A stretch of 64,000 nt of DNA from Candidatus Aenigmatarchaeota archaeon (GTDB lineage Archaea; Aenigmatarchaeota; Aenigmatarchaeia; JACPZZ01), in contig JACPZZ010000019.1 in the NCBI GenBank assembly GCA_016195275.1, positions 6,382-70,381 on the forward strand, given 5' to 3'. Each line of letters opens with the position of its first letter. Positions within the stretch are counted from its first letter, which is position 1. Made by a program: the position numbers and the translations under genes. The notes below the pieces were generated by a model, which worked only from the letters and a program-made list of their open reading frames with translations, was not told where the DNA came from and searched no databases. Positions 34,701 through 42,652 of the stretch are shown piece after piece.

Positions 34701-37428
34701 GAACGGGACCAACACAACGCAACCGCCTGGGCTTGTCGATGGTTTGTACAGGGTGAACATCAACGCAACATCTGCCGCAGGCGTTTCCAACACAACAGTC
34801 AATGTGACAGTCATCATAGACAACACGAAGCCCAACGTAACCATAACACTGCCGACTACGAGCCAAAATTTCTCAACCTCTATAACAATAAACGCGACAG
34901 TCCGTGATTCAGGTATAGGCTCTGTGGTAGCTGCGGGCGACATACGATCCATACAATATTATTTATCCAATGGCACCTGGACAGGCACATCATTCACGAT
35001 GACCAACACGTCAGCGAACGGTTTGGCATTCGATTACTACAACGCAACAAACTTCACCAGTGCGAACCTAGCGGACGGCAAATATAACATAACAATCAAC
35101 GCAACAGACTACGCAGGAAACTCGAACATAACACAATTTGTTCAGGTAGGGATAGACCGGACAGCACCTGCAGTGAACATAATAGCCCCGACTTCAAGCC
35201 AGTCTGTGAAGGGCAATTTGAATATCACGGCCGAGATCAATGATGCGGTGTGGGTTAAAACTGTATTTTACAGGATAAGCAACGGAACAAACGCGCTTGA
35301 TGTTTTGGGCAGCGCGTACCTTGCCATGACAAATGCGAGCGGTTCAAATACCACAGGCGGCGGCTATTACAATGCCACAAACGCAACAGCTTTTGCGATA
35401 TTCGCTGACGGTTCATACAATGTGACCGTGGCTGCGAACGACACTGTAAACCAGGTCACTTACGCAAACGTGACAATAACCATAGACAACAATGCGCCGA
35501 CATCCGGATCCGGGCTCGCTATTTTCAACACGTCCGAGCCTGCAGGCGGGATACAATATTTCCCAGAAAGGTTCTACAGGTTCAACAAGACGTTCAACGA
35601 CACTGTTGGCGTATCCAGCGTGATATTGCAGATTGATTTACCACGCTACTCCACTAATTACACGGCATTCAGGTATGAAGGCACGAGCGCGCTGGGCAAC
35701 TGGTCCGCGAATGTAACAGATCTGGCTGCTAACACAACCGGCTACAATCTCACATGGTATGCAAGTGACTCAGCCGGTAACGTACTGAAAACAACCGGAT
35801 GGCTTTATACTGTTGCGCTGAATACTTCTGCGATAGCGACACTGTCCGTGAATTCGACAACATGGGAGCGCGGGACGGCTTTGAACGTAACAGCATTTTC
35901 GTCGATCGACAGAAAAATTAACACATCGATATACGGCAACATAACGCAATTCGCGCTGTCCGCACTGACCTATGTTCCATATCCGGCAGGCAACCAGAAC
36001 GTAACTATATCCAATTCCAATATGGCACTCGGTAAATACAATATCACAGCGAACACGTCGGCCAATGAGAATTATACGGCAAACGGGACTGTCACAATGC
36101 TGACAGTAACGCTGCAGGATTCGTTCCCGCTGATCACATTCTTATCGCCGTTTAACAACTCCAATGTGTCAGGAACAATGCTGGTAAACGTGTCTGTTAT
36201 TGATGCGAGCGGTGTGGCAAACGTATCGTATTACCTGCATAACACGACTGACCAGGTGGCGCAGTCCGGATTTATGAACAGCACTGGAAATATTAACGGC
36301 AATCATTATAACGTTTCCATAACCACAACATCCTTGCCCGAAGGAAGATATAAGCTGAATATATCGTCATATGACACTACAGGCAACTTCAACAGCTCTT
36401 ATTACTTCAACATAACCATAGACAACACAGCGCCCACAATAATATTTAGCTACCAGGTGGAAGGAACAAGACTCGCCGGATACACACCGGTCAACAATTC
36501 CTACAGATCGGGAATAATTTCGATAAACGTGACAGTAATAGATAGTGTGTCCAATGTAAGCAACACCAGTGCGGTATTTGCAAGGATAGGAAACGCCACG
36601 CACTGGATGGGGCCACTGTTTGGCATGAACAACCTGACATATTCGCAGTTCAATTACTCCAACCTTACAACAATACTTGCGGACGGGTCCTACAACATAA
36701 CCGTCACTGCAAATGATACAGCAGGCAATGTAGTGAGCAATACGACGTACTTCAAGGCGGACAATACGGCGCCTACAGTTATAGCGTTGTCGAACAGCAC
36801 AAAGGGGGCGTACAGGCCGAACACTACAGAGCAGATAAGAATCCAGGTTATCGACGCTTCACAAACCAATGCTAGTATAGATATCTATACCAGATGGCCG
36901 AACGGCACGACAAACCTGTACAACGCAAGCTGGGCTGCGGTTGGAACAACGGCTGTATATTCATGGACAATAGACACCTCAGACTTAGTCACGGACCAGA
37001 TGGTGAAATTCTATATTGTTGGTACGGACAACGCGAGCAATGCTGCGACAGGCGCGGGAACATTGGCATCGCCGCTCGCGAACATAACGATCAACACCAA
37101 CTGCGGGCATGTTGGCGCAGCGCTTAAATGGTGCTCTGACAGTGCTCTGAAGACTACAGCGAACGGCTGGGCTACTGTGAACATGCCAACAAAGGGAATA
37201 ATCGAACAGTTTAGCTCGCTACAAGGAAACTATTCGGTGCACAATGCGACAACTAGGTCTGGCATATGGGCAAAGTTCAATTACACTTACCATTACACAG
37301 GCTCTTCTTGGCTGTCCTTTGACCCGAACAGCGCTGCGTCGGAGAACTCGTTGAAGGAGTTTAACCAGACCAATACGGAATACTGGTTTAACATTAACAC
37401 ATCCAACGTGGTGTTCAGAATAGAGTAA
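31714..37428 (+). CDS. Giant (1904-aa) secreted, sequon-saturated protein built of repeated Ig-like modules (S-layer or adhesin candidate)
   Basis: N-terminal signal/TM (AAWGLVAASVSLILVFAATIFFGAAEG). At least 12 module boundaries have the form D-[NR]-[NTD]-x-P (VDNNPPRI, VDRTPPTS, IDNNPPAI, IDNTKPNV, IDRTAPAV, IDNTAPTI, ADNTAPTV and others). N-x-S/T occurs every few residues. Confidence 0.85.
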   Translation: MLMNLKAFAGFAAWGLVAASVSLILVFAATIFFGAAEGVQINGINASTSLANGGSTNLGDHVSKNDTAELFNFTLNVTGNVSYINITVPSWTVSGAYANISVSNTTTVQLGGTFAGTWTTRIIENFSTSGDPKTIQLNGTLPGGSFGGLSNILWFAFNGTPKIPGAPAGNLSDNHTMTWDVYIANATASALLKATTLVDNNPPRILATIPSVNASGNTYIGGLAAEKFQVNVTERELNISTSTALQNGSSNVTLWYKKSSASIWNAKTLLCYNETGSLGVNYPDSANSMYTCNTTIDLSAGGSLAVGENNIIQYFFNASDMVLNAGFNGTQDVPRQAQVDRTPPTSSSVATNVTYVNSGKAASLNANFSDNFQLINATLATNETNSGAAVFFNYTANVTYNITNATLGGLNQTARGPIAMTGSSYTVNFTWSNSSVASGAIVAWQIIATDAAGNAHATALRTFVADNDGPLAGFITPVNEANVSNMFTVNVSVNDSLSGVTVVYLNISYEAPTGPISGISNITLSQGVSGFFSASVNSTLNLPGVVADGNYTFRIVANDSLNNVNNTQTIRVWIDNNPPAIVNNTPVFGTVVTGLFTINATVTDAVRVSNVQYQISNSTFAGGYFNMLASNALQMNNSGLYNSTNQTNAIIFQDGTYNVTIRANDSANNFTYVNVTITIDNVQNATVIDWQAVNNSYTNGTVVKSGASISFNITTIGNQYGNFPSGYGYNISVYIVNSSGTSIFAGNISNVSQFWANGSITIPTNSATNVIDDGNRTFLFRTFDNRSNLMVNGSSNLTVSIDNTVANYSNSIPTNNSFNGGTATQLFQISLTEVNLNSSKNVTLYWDFNSPTLASIKSKTLLCTGLGAISPYNGTGPNWVCNTTLDLSGLGEGDSVYYFFNNSNVTHPNGDLAGNGANFGTVTIPLNTTVNREAPAVGVLSPLGRANVTTSFTLNISANNSASGVLAVSYRITNNTFQSDSIALTRGIGSTYNGYWNGTNTTQPPGLVDGLYRVNINATSAAGVSNTTVNVTVIIDNTKPNVTITLPTTSQNFSTSITINATVRDSGIGSVVAAGDIRSIQYYLSNGTWTGTSFTMTNTSANGLAFDYYNATNFTSANLADGKYNITINATDYAGNSNITQFVQVGIDRTAPAVNIIAPTSSQSVKGNLNITAEINDAVWVKTVFYRISNGTNALDVLGSAYLAMTNASGSNTTGGGYYNATNATAFAIFADGSYNVTVAANDTVNQVTYANVTITIDNNAPTSGSGLAIFNTSEPAGGIQYFPERFYRFNKTFNDTVGVSSVILQIDLPRYSTNYTAFRYEGTSALGNWSANVTDLAANTTGYNLTWYASDSAGNVLKTTGWLYTVALNTSAIATLSVNSTTWERGTALNVTAFSSIDRKINTSIYGNITQFALSALTYVPYPAGNQNVTISNSNMALGKYNITANTSANENYTANGTVTMLTVTLQDSFPLITFLSPFNNSNVSGTMLVNVSVIDASGVANVSYYLHNTTDQVAQSGFMNSTGNINGNHYNVSITTTSLPEGRYKLNISSYDTTGNFNSSYYFNITIDNTAPTIIFSYQVEGTRLAGYTPVNNSYRSGIISINVTVIDSVSNVSNTSAVFARIGNATHWMGPLFGMNNLTYSQFNYSNLTTILADGSYNITVTANDTAGNVVSNTTYFKADNTAPTVIALSNSTKGAYRPNTTEQIRIQVIDASQTNASIDIYTRWPNGTTNLYNASWAAVGTTAVYSWTIDTSDLVTDQMVKFYIVGTDNASNAATGAGTLASPLANITINTNCGHVGAALKWCSDSALKTTANGWATVNMPTKGIIEQFSSLQGNYSVHNATTRSGIWAKFNYTYHYTGSSWLSFDPNSAASENSLKEFNQTNTEYWFNINTSNVVFRIE

Positions 37429-37463
37429 TGACTTAGACACCACAATAAAACAAGGATGACAAA

Positions 37464-38678
37464 ATGAGTGTGCAAAGGAATTTTGGCATATTTTTGATTT
37501 CATTAGTTTTTGTTTCATTATTTTCATTTGCAGGTTTGGCAGTGCCGGGCACATGGAAAGGCTATGCGTATGCGAACACGACGCTGGCCGAGAATGGCTT
37601 GCCGGTTTCCGCTTACATACTAGGATCGTTAAAGTCTAACACAAGCACGACCGACGCACAAAGCAGGGGTTTCTTTATACTTGAAGTCGAAGGCGCATCA
37701 GGCGATAAGGTCGGCTTCCAGATATGCGGCGTGAACGTCAACCAGGAAAACCAGTCGTGGTCTTCGGGGCCGCATTACAACGGGACTGAACCGCGTTTCA
37801 ATTTATCATTCAGCAGGCAGGCCGACAGCACGGCTTGCACGTATGCATGCGGATGCACGGGCGGATTTTGTAATTCCGGCTCGTGCGCAAGCAGCGCGCC
37901 TTCAACAGGCGGCGGCTCGACCGACAAAGGAGGCGGCGGCGGTGGCGGAACGACAACGACTACTACGACAACAACTACAACAGCAGCTACGACTACTACA
38001 ACTACAACAACAACGACTACAACAACCACGATAGTCACGCAGACCGTCAGTAAAATACCCGCAAATACGAACACAGAGATCAAGCTTCCTGCTTCAGAAT
38101 CAACAGCCGTAGAGTCGATAACAGTTCGGACAACAGCAGCTTCCAGCAATGTGCAGGTGACGGTACAAACAACATCAGCGCCTTCCAGCGCGTCAACAAT
38201 CATTTCGTCGTCAGTAGGCGCGGTTTACAGATATCTTGACATCAAAACAGTAAACGTCGAATCGTCTTCGGTGGCGAGCGCGAAATTCAAGTTCAAAGTC
38301 GAAAGGTCGTGGTTTACGGCGAATGAAATAGACCAGACCACGGTTAACTTAAACAGGCTTGTCAGTGGCAGCTGGGTTAAATTGTTGACGGACATAGTCG
38401 GCGGCGACAACAACTATGTTTTCTATGAATCCGAGTCGCCTGGCTTTTCAATATTTGCTATAACAGGCGAAAAGGTGAAGGTGGGCGCAACCACGACAAC
38501 TGTGCCTATTTCTACAACTACACAGCCTACGACAACCGCAGCAACGACAACAACAGCGCCTGTCGCCCAGCCGGGCACGGGAATTATCGTGGTAATAATC
38601 GTAATCATAGTTCTGATGGCGGGCTATTTCTACATGAAAAGCAAGCAGAACAGCAGGTTCGCGTTCCCGAAGTTATAA
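37464..38678 (+). CDS. Secreted protein with poly-Thr linkers, a PGF-pre-PGF domain and a C-terminal TM anchor
   Basis: Signal peptide present, Cys-rich patch CTYACGCTGGFCNSGSC, and a G7 + T/A(~40) tract. The PGF-pre-PGF hallmark is AKFKFKVERSWFTANEID...YESESPGFSIFAITG. The C-terminus is QPGTGIIVVIIVIIVLMAGYFYMKSK. Confidence 0.8.
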   Translation: MSVQRNFGIFLISLVFVSLFSFAGLAVPGTWKGYAYANTTLAENGLPVSAYILGSLKSNTSTTDAQSRGFFILEVEGASGDKVGFQICGVNVNQENQSWSSGPHYNGTEPRFNLSFSRQADSTACTYACGCTGGFCNSGSCASSAPSTGGGSTDKGGGGGGGTTTTTTTTTTTAATTTTTTTTTTTTTTIVTQTVSKIPANTNTEIKLPASESTAVESITVRTTAASSNVQVTVQTTSAPSSASTIISSSVGAVYRYLDIKTVNVESSSVASAKFKFKVERSWFTANEIDQTTVNLNRLVSGSWVKLLTDIVGGDNNYVFYESESPGFSIFAITGEKVKVGATTTTVPISTTTQPTTTAATTTTAPVAQPGTGIIVVIIVIIVLMAGYFYMKSKQNSRFAFPKL

Positions 38679-38744
38679 GCCAAACTTGGAACAGTTAAAC
38701 AGGCTGGAACAAACCTTAAATCTTTAACTGTTATAACTTAACGA

Positions 38745-39452
38745 GTGAAATTCATGCCGACCCAGACCCAAATACTTGTACCAGCGTTGATGGACGGCGG
38801 CAGGGTAGTCGTTCCACAAGTATGGTTAGGCCGTAATGTGGATTACAGAACAGCAAACGGCCACCCATTCACAGCAGCCGATTACCAAAAATTCAACCCG
38901 CCCACGCTGGCAGAATTAAGGCGCGCATATTTTGACAAAAACCCCGACGGATCGTGGATAAGTCCTGAATACAGGCATAGCCTCCCTTCGCAAGGAGTAT
39001 ACGGTGAATGGACATCGACGTTTTTGCGCGATGGGAACGAAATCGTGGAAAGGCCTGAAAAAATCTACTTCGATGAGGTGGGTGGGTTATGGATAGCCGA
39101 GGGCGGCAAAACATCGCCCATCAAGCTTCCGAATGACGGCTGGACGCTGGAATATGACGAGCGGACTGGATTCCCGAGCAGAACCGGGAGCAGGAAAGAC
39201 GCTAAAAAACTTTTTGGCGATGATGCGTCATATTTCTGCTCAACAAAGAACGATTTGAGGGCTGTGTTGCGGGTCTTCAGCCTCGGCGACGAGGGGCTGT
39301 TCTACGTCTACGCGGGCTACGACCCCGACGACTGGGACTCGGCTGTGGGCGTTCGTTCGGCCCGTCCTGCGACGCCGACATATTATGATCATGATGATGT
39401 GATGAGCCAGGAGGAACGCAACATATTAATAAGGAGGAATATGACGAATTAA
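38745..39452 (+). CDS. Hypothetical protein (235 aa), GC-rich
   Basis: ORF with protein-like composition. No motif recognised. Confidence 0.45.
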   Translation: MKFMPTQTQILVPALMDGGRVVVPQVWLGRNVDYRTANGHPFTAADYQKFNPPTLAELRRAYFDKNPDGSWISPEYRHSLPSQGVYGEWTSTFLRDGNEIVERPEKIYFDEVGGLWIAEGGKTSPIKLPNDGWTLEYDERTGFPSRTGSRKDAKKLFGDDASYFCSTKNDLRAVLRVFSLGDEGLFYVYAGYDPDDWDSAVGVRSARPATPTYYDHDDVMSQEERNILIRRNMTN

Positions 39453-39570
39453 AGAGGGAATATGACAGATTAAACCAGTTATCCAAAAGGAACGAGAAAA
39501 ATCGGCGAACTTCTTTCAAGAATTAAGGCACAATAATAAGTATAAGACCTGTTTTTACGAATTCTCATAG

Positions 39571-39666
39571 GAAACCGAAGGTTTCAACGAAAACCGAAGG
39601 TTTTCGTGCACAGAAAAGCCTGTTGGTTTTCTGTGTCGTGCATAGGAAATTTAATGATTTCCTATG
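39571..39666. repeat. Hairpin cluster A: four consecutive perfect hairpins
   Basis: GAAACC-GAA-GGTTTC at 39571-85. (A)CGAAAACC-GAA-GGTTTTCG(T) at 39587-607. CACAGAAAA-N9-TTTTCTGTG at 39609-35. CATAGGAAAT-TTAATG-ATTTCCTATG at 39641-66. Confidence 0.9.
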
Positions 39667-39778
39667 TATTGGCCTTGGCCGGCTGTTGCACGGGTTGCAT
39701 AGCAAGCCGTTGACTTGGGGCAGTCTCGCCGGTGTCCATCCACCCGTGGTGTTTAAATATCCGTGATGACATATCTGA

Positions 39779-40069
39779 TTGTGGATATCGTTGGTCGAAT
39801 ATCACATTTACCCGCTCTACAAAGGGAAGCCTCTCATCCCGTCGGTGGCGGCACAGCGGGAGATAGACCAGTTGTGTGCTGACCTATGGTTGGTGAAAAG
39901 GGTGCTGGAGGAAGGGCACGACTGCGCGAGGAGCAGAAGAAAGACCAATATTGTCGAGAAATGCCTGATCAGGAAGGGAAAGGAGATCAGGGCCGTCGTC
40001 GCTCTTGTGGAGTGGGAGGACAAAGGCTTTTGGAGGGTGGTCCATGTCGGTAGTACAGGTAGACATTAG
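39779..40069 (+). CDS. Small DUF4258-like putative toxin (start codon uncertain, TTG)
   Basis: 96 aa. The pattern ...REIDQLCADLWLVKRVLEEGHDCARSRRKTNIVEKCLIRKGKEIRAVVALVEWEDKGFWRVVHVG resembles DUF4258-type toxins. It overlaps the downstream antitoxin-like gene. Confidence 0.4.
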   Translation: MWISLVEYHIYPLYKGKPLIPSVAAQREIDQLCADLWLVKRVLEEGHDCARSRRKTNIVEKCLIRKGKEIRAVVALVEWEDKGFWRVVHVGSTGRH

Positions 40070-40373
40070 CGGTTGGAAATCAATTCCCTGTGAGTGCGGG
40101 AAGAAAGCCAGGCAAGCTGCTATAAAATACAAAGGGTATGAGGTCAGAGGTTGGAAGTGTAGCTGTGGGAATGACTATATTCACCCCGAGGATTCGTTGA
40201 AGGTCAGCAAGCTGGAAAAGTCGAAAGGCGTGGAAGTCAAGGTGGGATTGCTGGGCGACAGCGTTATCATCCGAATACCCAAAGAGCTTTCTGAAATTTA
40301 TGGAATTCGCAAAGGGTCTACGCTTAAGCTTGTTCCGGAAGGTTTGAGCAGAATTGAAATCAGGAAGAAGTAG
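40044..40373 (+). CDS. Zinc-ribbon + AbrB/SpoVT-domain putative antitoxin
   Basis: MSVVQVDISGWKSIPCECGK...WKCSCGNDYIHP (C-x-C...C-x-C), followed by VKVGLLGDSVIIRIPKELSEIYGIRKGSTLKL (AbrB-like). Confidence 0.6.
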   Translation: MSVVQVDISGWKSIPCECGKKARQAAIKYKGYEVRGWKCSCGNDYIHPEDSLKVSKLEKSKGVEVKVGLLGDSVIIRIPKELSEIYGIRKGSTLKLVPEGLSRIEIRKK

Positions 40374-40688
40374 GGAAGCATTGCTACCTACAGCCTGGTT
40401 GGGCGTGAGTTTGCGCGTTGAGCTTGACACTGTCCTGGACGATGCAATCAGGGAAATCCACCAGGCCTATGAGAAGGCCAAGGAGATTGCGGAGGTGCAG
40501 GCGAAGATGGCGGTGGAGGCTAGCCGTTGACTTGCGCAGGGTATGCCTGAACTACACGCTTGGCCATAGTGAACCGGATATTGAAATTCCGGTAATGACA
40601 TGAAATTCAGCAGCAATAGCTGATAGACGTGACATGGAAACGAACGATTTCTATGCACTTAAAACTAAGATCGATGAGAGAAAATAAT

Positions 40689-41606
40689 ATGGACAATATC
40701 AAAGGCTTGGATATATCAAAGGATATTACCGTAGGCGAATTTCTAAACAGCGTTAAACACACGGGATTTCAAGCCACGAACTTGGGCAAAGCCGCCGAAA
40801 TAATCGAAAAGATGAAACGCGACAAGGCCACGATATTTTTAGCTTTCACTTCTAACATGGCTTCGTCCGGATTGCGCGATGTTTTCTCATACATTGCAAA
40901 AAACAAACTTGTCGACGTTATAATAACATCGATAGGGTCTGTCGAGGAAGATTTAATAAAATCCCAAAAGCCTTTTCTTCTTGGAAGCTTTGACATGGAC
41001 GATGCCGAGCTGCATAAAAAGGGCATTAACAGGATAGGGAATATTTTAGTTCCGAATGACCGATACGAACATCTGGAAAAAATTCTGCAGCCGTTCTTCA
41101 AGAAAATCCACGACCAGCAGAAAAAAACAGGCAAAATGGTTTCACCCAGCGGGCTGATCAGCGAACTTGGCGCGCTTGCGCATGAAGATTCTTTCATTTA
41201 CTGGGCTGCCAAAAACAAGATACCGATATTTTGCCCTGCAGTCACGGACGGAGCCTTTGGTTTGCAGACGTTTTTCTACAAGCAGGATCATAAGGATTTT
41301 GGCATTGACGTTACCGCCGACATGCAACGGCTTGCTGAAATTGTCTTGCAATCGAAAAAAACCGGCGCGATAATTTTGGGCGGGGGCGTTGCGAAACACC
41401 ATACCATCGGGGTGAACATACTGCGTGACGGCCTGGATTACGCGGTTTACGTGACAACTGCGGGCGAGGGCGACGGTTCTGTTGCGGGCGCGCGGCCGCG
41501 CGAGGCGAAATCGTGGTCGAAACTGAAGGAAGAATCGCATTCAGTGTGCGTCGAAGGCGACGCGACGATAATTTTCAGTTTGCTGGCGTTTGCTTTAAGG
41601 AATTGA
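40689..41606 (+). CDS. dhs: Deoxyhypusine synthase
   Basis: The segment FLAFTSNMASSGLRDVFSYIAKNKLVDVIITSIGSVEEDL...GGGVAKHHTIG is typical of DHS. The start is placed at the MDNIKG Met of the track ORF (40629). Confidence 0.9.
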   Translation: MDNIKGLDISKDITVGEFLNSVKHTGFQATNLGKAAEIIEKMKRDKATIFLAFTSNMASSGLRDVFSYIAKNKLVDVIITSIGSVEEDLIKSQKPFLLGSFDMDDAELHKKGINRIGNILVPNDRYEHLEKILQPFFKKIHDQQKKTGKMVSPSGLISELGALAHEDSFIYWAAKNKIPIFCPAVTDGAFGLQTFFYKQDHKDFGIDVTADMQRLAEIVLQSKKTGAIILGGGVAKHHTIGVNILRDGLDYAVYVTTAGEGDGSVAGARPREAKSWSKLKEESHSVCVEGDATIIFSLLAFALRN

Positions 41607-41611
41607 TTTTT

Positions 41612-42145
41612 ATGGCCTCGGATATTTTGGCAGCTGCGTTCGTTACAGGAATAATAGTGAAGTTAACAGACCAGATGGAAGACAAGAATAAAAAAAGCAA
41701 CAGTATGAAAAATATTCCTGCATTTTTGGGAACAGTTTACGGCGTTCTTATTTCGTACGTGATGCTGAAATCGCCTGTAGTTGCGAATTTATGGATGGCT
41801 GCTGTGCTGGGCAATATACTTGCAGGCAACATGGATGTTAAAGGCCACAGGATCGGGATCTTCACGATGCTTTCGGTACTGGCAGTTTTCGGATTCCCCA
41901 AATTCGAGAGTTACTTGCTATTGGTATTCACAGTTGCGGCATACTTCGACGAATTCCTGAAGGATCTGGGGGAAAGCGGAAAAATAAAGAGCACAATATT
42001 CAACAGGATCGTAGAGTACAGGCTTATTCTCGAAGCAACAGCGTTTGCGGTTTCCTTGTACACCGCGCAATGGATACTTTTCGCTTCGATATTCCTTTTC
42101 GATCTTGGTTATATCATAGTCAACGAGCTGACTAAAAGACATTAA
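41612..42145 (+). CDS. Integral membrane protein, unknown function
   Basis: About 177 aa from MASDILAAAFVTGIIV, with 5-6 predicted TM segments. The upstream part of the track ORF overlaps dhs and is unlikely to be coding. Confidence 0.55.
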   Translation: MASDILAAAFVTGIIVKLTDQMEDKNKKSNSMKNIPAFLGTVYGVLISYVMLKSPVVANLWMAAVLGNILAGNMDVKGHRIGIFTMLSVLAVFGFPKFESYLLLVFTVAAYFDEFLKDLGESGKIKSTIFNRIVEYRLILEATAFAVSLYTAQWILFASIFLFDLGYIIVNELTKRH

Positions 42146-42181
42146 TAAACCAAAAAATTTATTATTTTATTTGATACTGCT

Positions 42182-42652
42182 ATGACCAGGACTCTTTTGT
42201 TACCGGTATTATTGGCATTGGCTATAATTGTCAGCGGCTGCACTTCGACGACAACTACTACAACGACCACAACCATGGCCGCAAAGGAGACCACGACTAC
42301 GACGACCACGACAGCCGCAACAACGACCACAAGCGCTGCGACTACGACAACCATAGGCACGACAACGACGACGCAGGCTGTCAAGGAAATTCAAATGACA
42401 GCCAGCCAGTGGAAATTTGAGCCTAACACAATCACAGTAAACCAAGGCGACACCGTGAGACTGCAGATAAAGAACATTGATGTGACGCACGGTTTTTCGC
42501 TGCCGGCGTTCGGCGTCAACAAGCAGCTGGACGCGGGCAAAACCACCACAGTTGAGTTTGTTGCGGACAAGAAAGGGACGTTCACTTTTGCCTGTTCGGT
42601 TTTCTGCGGCGCAGGCCACAGCTCCATGACCGGCAAAATGGTTGTTGAGTAG
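42182..42652 (+). CDS. Cupredoxin-domain lipoprotein with a CuA-type (COX2-like) copper site
   Basis: Lipobox-like IVSGC, then a poly-Thr linker. The metal site is THGFS...CSVFCGAGHSSM, i.e. H...CxxxCxxxHxxM. Confidence 0.8.
   Translation: MTRTLLLPVLLALAIIVSGCTSTTTTTTTTTMAAKETTTTTTTTAATTTTSAATTTTIGTTTTTQAVKEIQMTASQWKFEPNTITVNQGDTVRLQIKNIDVTHGFSLPAFGVNKQLDAGKTTTVEFVADKKGTFTFACSVFCGAGHSSMTGKMVVE

Noticed and set aside
37775-38203. Poly-Val/poly-Pro ORFs and the G/T homopolymer-coding tracts as possible microsatellites, CRISPR-like repeats or separate genes
   Set aside because: They are the antisense of in-frame poly-Thr/poly-Gly linkers of secreted proteins. There is no repeat-spacer periodicity.
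40418-40603. 61-aa Arg-rich ORF (…RRPRRLRRCRRRWRWRLAV…)
   Set aside because: The composition is implausible. A different frame of the same DNA gives a coiled-coil-like fragment without a start codon, so the region is treated as non-coding or remnant.
41513-41611. N-terminal 33 codons of the 210-aa track ORF (MVETEGRIAFSVRRRRRDD...)
   Set aside because: This stretch overlaps the 3' end of dhs in another frame and is Arg-rich and non-protein-like. The membrane protein more plausibly starts at the ATG at 41612.
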